64,000 nucleotides of DNA from Heptranchias perlo (lineage: Eukaryota): positions 26,784,001 through 26,848,000 of the forward strand of contig NC_090356.1 in assembly GCF_035084215.1 (NCBI RefSeq), in the 5' to 3' direction. The translations under genes and the position numbers were made by a program. Positions 62,223 to 64,000 of this stretch are shown in pieces; the stretch's first letter is position 1, and each line of letters begins with the position of its first letter. The notes beneath the pieces were generated by a model. The model was not told the DNA's origin, did not search any database, and saw only the letters and a program-made list of their open reading frames with translations.

Positions 62223-62826
62223 TGGAATTGTTGAGTGTGAAAGTACTGGGAGGGAATGTTGCAGGCTGCCACTGACATACTATGGTTGAGGCCCAAGTTA
62301 AGCTCTCTTTTTGACCTAACCCTTATAAGCAATGTCCTAAACTTGTGAACTCAAAGTGTCATTCCTTGATACTCAACTAATATTCCCATTATATTGGCAA
62401 ACAGCAACCAAATCAATCAATTTAACTGTCAACTGCTACCATATATGGTAAACTACATCTACTTGAATAGGTAGTCTCATTTTCGGGCTTGGACTAGGCC
62501 TAGCAGAGTGATCGGTCTAAACTGGTAGACACACTTCACGGCTGAATACCCCTTTTGTTCTAAGAAAGATGGCCATCCATCTGTTAGCTGCTCTCACCTC
62601 CCTTAGATGGCATTCTCTTCTTCACCGTTCCTTTTCTTCTACCTACCTATTTCACAGAGGTTACAGGGTTCATGCTTGCCTATGGTACGAGGAACTGAAC
62701 CCTGACACAATCACAAAAGCAGAGTCTGGTGATTTTAGAATCTTTCCTCCACCCTTGAGAAAACTCAACTATGTCAGTGGCAGCCTGCAACATTCCCTCC
62801 CAGTACTTTCACACTCAACAATTCCA
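62223..62826. repeat. Perfect 57-bp inverted repeat (62223-62279 / 62770-62826), 490-bp spacer
   Basis: TGGAATTGTTGAGTGTGAAAGTACTGGGAGGGAATGTTGCAGGCTGCCACTGACATA and its exact reverse complement. Confidence 0.93.
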
Positions 62827-63504
62827 TTCTCCAACATTCCTGCATCCCACCACCATCATCCCAGCACTGTCACACTCAAGTAATCCCTCCCACCAGTGCT
62901 CCCACAACTCAGGATCCTTTTCCAACTCCTCTCACATCCAGACTTCCCCCCAGTTCTACCATACCCCCTTCCCACCAGTAGCAGATCCTGGTATCCCCTG
63001 TTTCACTGTTCTCAAACACCATGATTGCCTCTCCCAGTTCTTCCACATCCTGCGACCACCTGCCTGGTTCTCCCAGACCATCCATCCATCCCATCACCCC
63101 CCCCCACTTCCAAACCCCAGGACCACCCTCTCAACACTGCCAACCCAAACAGACCTCCCCCAACTCCCGAGTACTGCTAGACATTGTTCCTACAACCTAG
63201 CTTCCACCTACCCACACTGTCATCTCGACCATCTTCCTCTGTATCCTGGGCTTTAAAATGTAGGAGATAAAATTGACCTCCTCAAACACAAACTAACTCT
63301 TACAGGAGTCAAGGGCTTTGATTTTCAGTTTTCTTGCAAATAACGAGGTAATAATAGAACTGGAGCTTAAAATTATCACCAGTGCTCCTACAATACTTTA
63401 TTAAAAAAAACAATTTGACTTATTCAATTACAATAAATGATTTGGCCTAATAATATATTATATATCCCTCCCTAAATTTCTTCTCCTTCTCAGCCCCTTC
63501 TCCT

Positions 63505-63672
63505 CATTTAAGACACTCCATAAATCCCACCTCTTCGACCCAGCTTTTAGTCACCCCTCCTGCTATCTCCTTCTTTGGCTCGATGTCAATTTTTGTCTGA
63601 TTACACTCTCGTGAAGCAGCTTGGGACATTTTTCTACATTAAAGGCACTATATAAACGCACATTGTCGTTGT
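63505..63672 (+). mobile_element. L2 LINE 3' end
   Basis: GTGAAGCAGCTTGGGACATTTTTCTACATTAAAGGCACTATATAAACGCA is the reverse complement of the tail at 28685. Confidence 0.7.
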
Positions 63673-64000
63673 ACATTACATAGTAAGAAGCAACGTATCC
63701 TCCAACTCACGGTGAGCAATGCCATGGGAGATCCTCTAGAGTGTGCACAATATAAATGTGCTTGAATAGAATGCACCTTACACTCAATCCTCAGTATTAC
63801 AAGATAAGGCATTCCTGACACGGGTTGAATAAGCTGTAAACATATGAGTAATATAAAACCATGTTTGTGTACGTATTTTATTTCTTCCTCAACTTCTTCA
63901 TCACAGTAAGATTAGAAGTAGAGAGAAGCTGTAAAATATCTATTATCCTGTCTTCATCCAGCCTTTGCGATGTTATTAATAGGTTCACTTCTGCTGTAAT

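Overview
Repeat-rich vertebrate genomic DNA, most likely a cartilaginous fish (shark). This is inferred from its SacSINE1-like Deu-SINEs, CR1/L2 LINEs, Harbinger relics and Penelope-type hairpins. No intact, recognisable host protein-coding gene was found. The long ORFs in the track come from tandem repeats or decayed transposon fragments. Main contents: (1) a ~13.9 kb array of a 31-bp unit (~12415-26285) with higher-order duplications, plus several smaller minisatellites; (2) many truncated CR1, L2 and SINE copies; (3) PIF/Harbinger relics (HARBI1-like nuclease and Myb/SANT-like fragments) and their MITEs, which appear to share a quasi-palindromic 15-bp target site, with two different MITEs inserted at the same nucleotide of two L2 copies; (4) two Penelope-like fold-back elements, one keeping a hammerhead-ribozyme core; (5) a hAT MITE with a perfect 8-bp TSD; (6) a motif-dense CpG promoter near 61.3 kb, a perfect 57-bp inverted repeat downstream of it, and candidate spliced exons on both strands. 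Boundaries of old repeats are approximate (tens of bp) and everything was read by eye.
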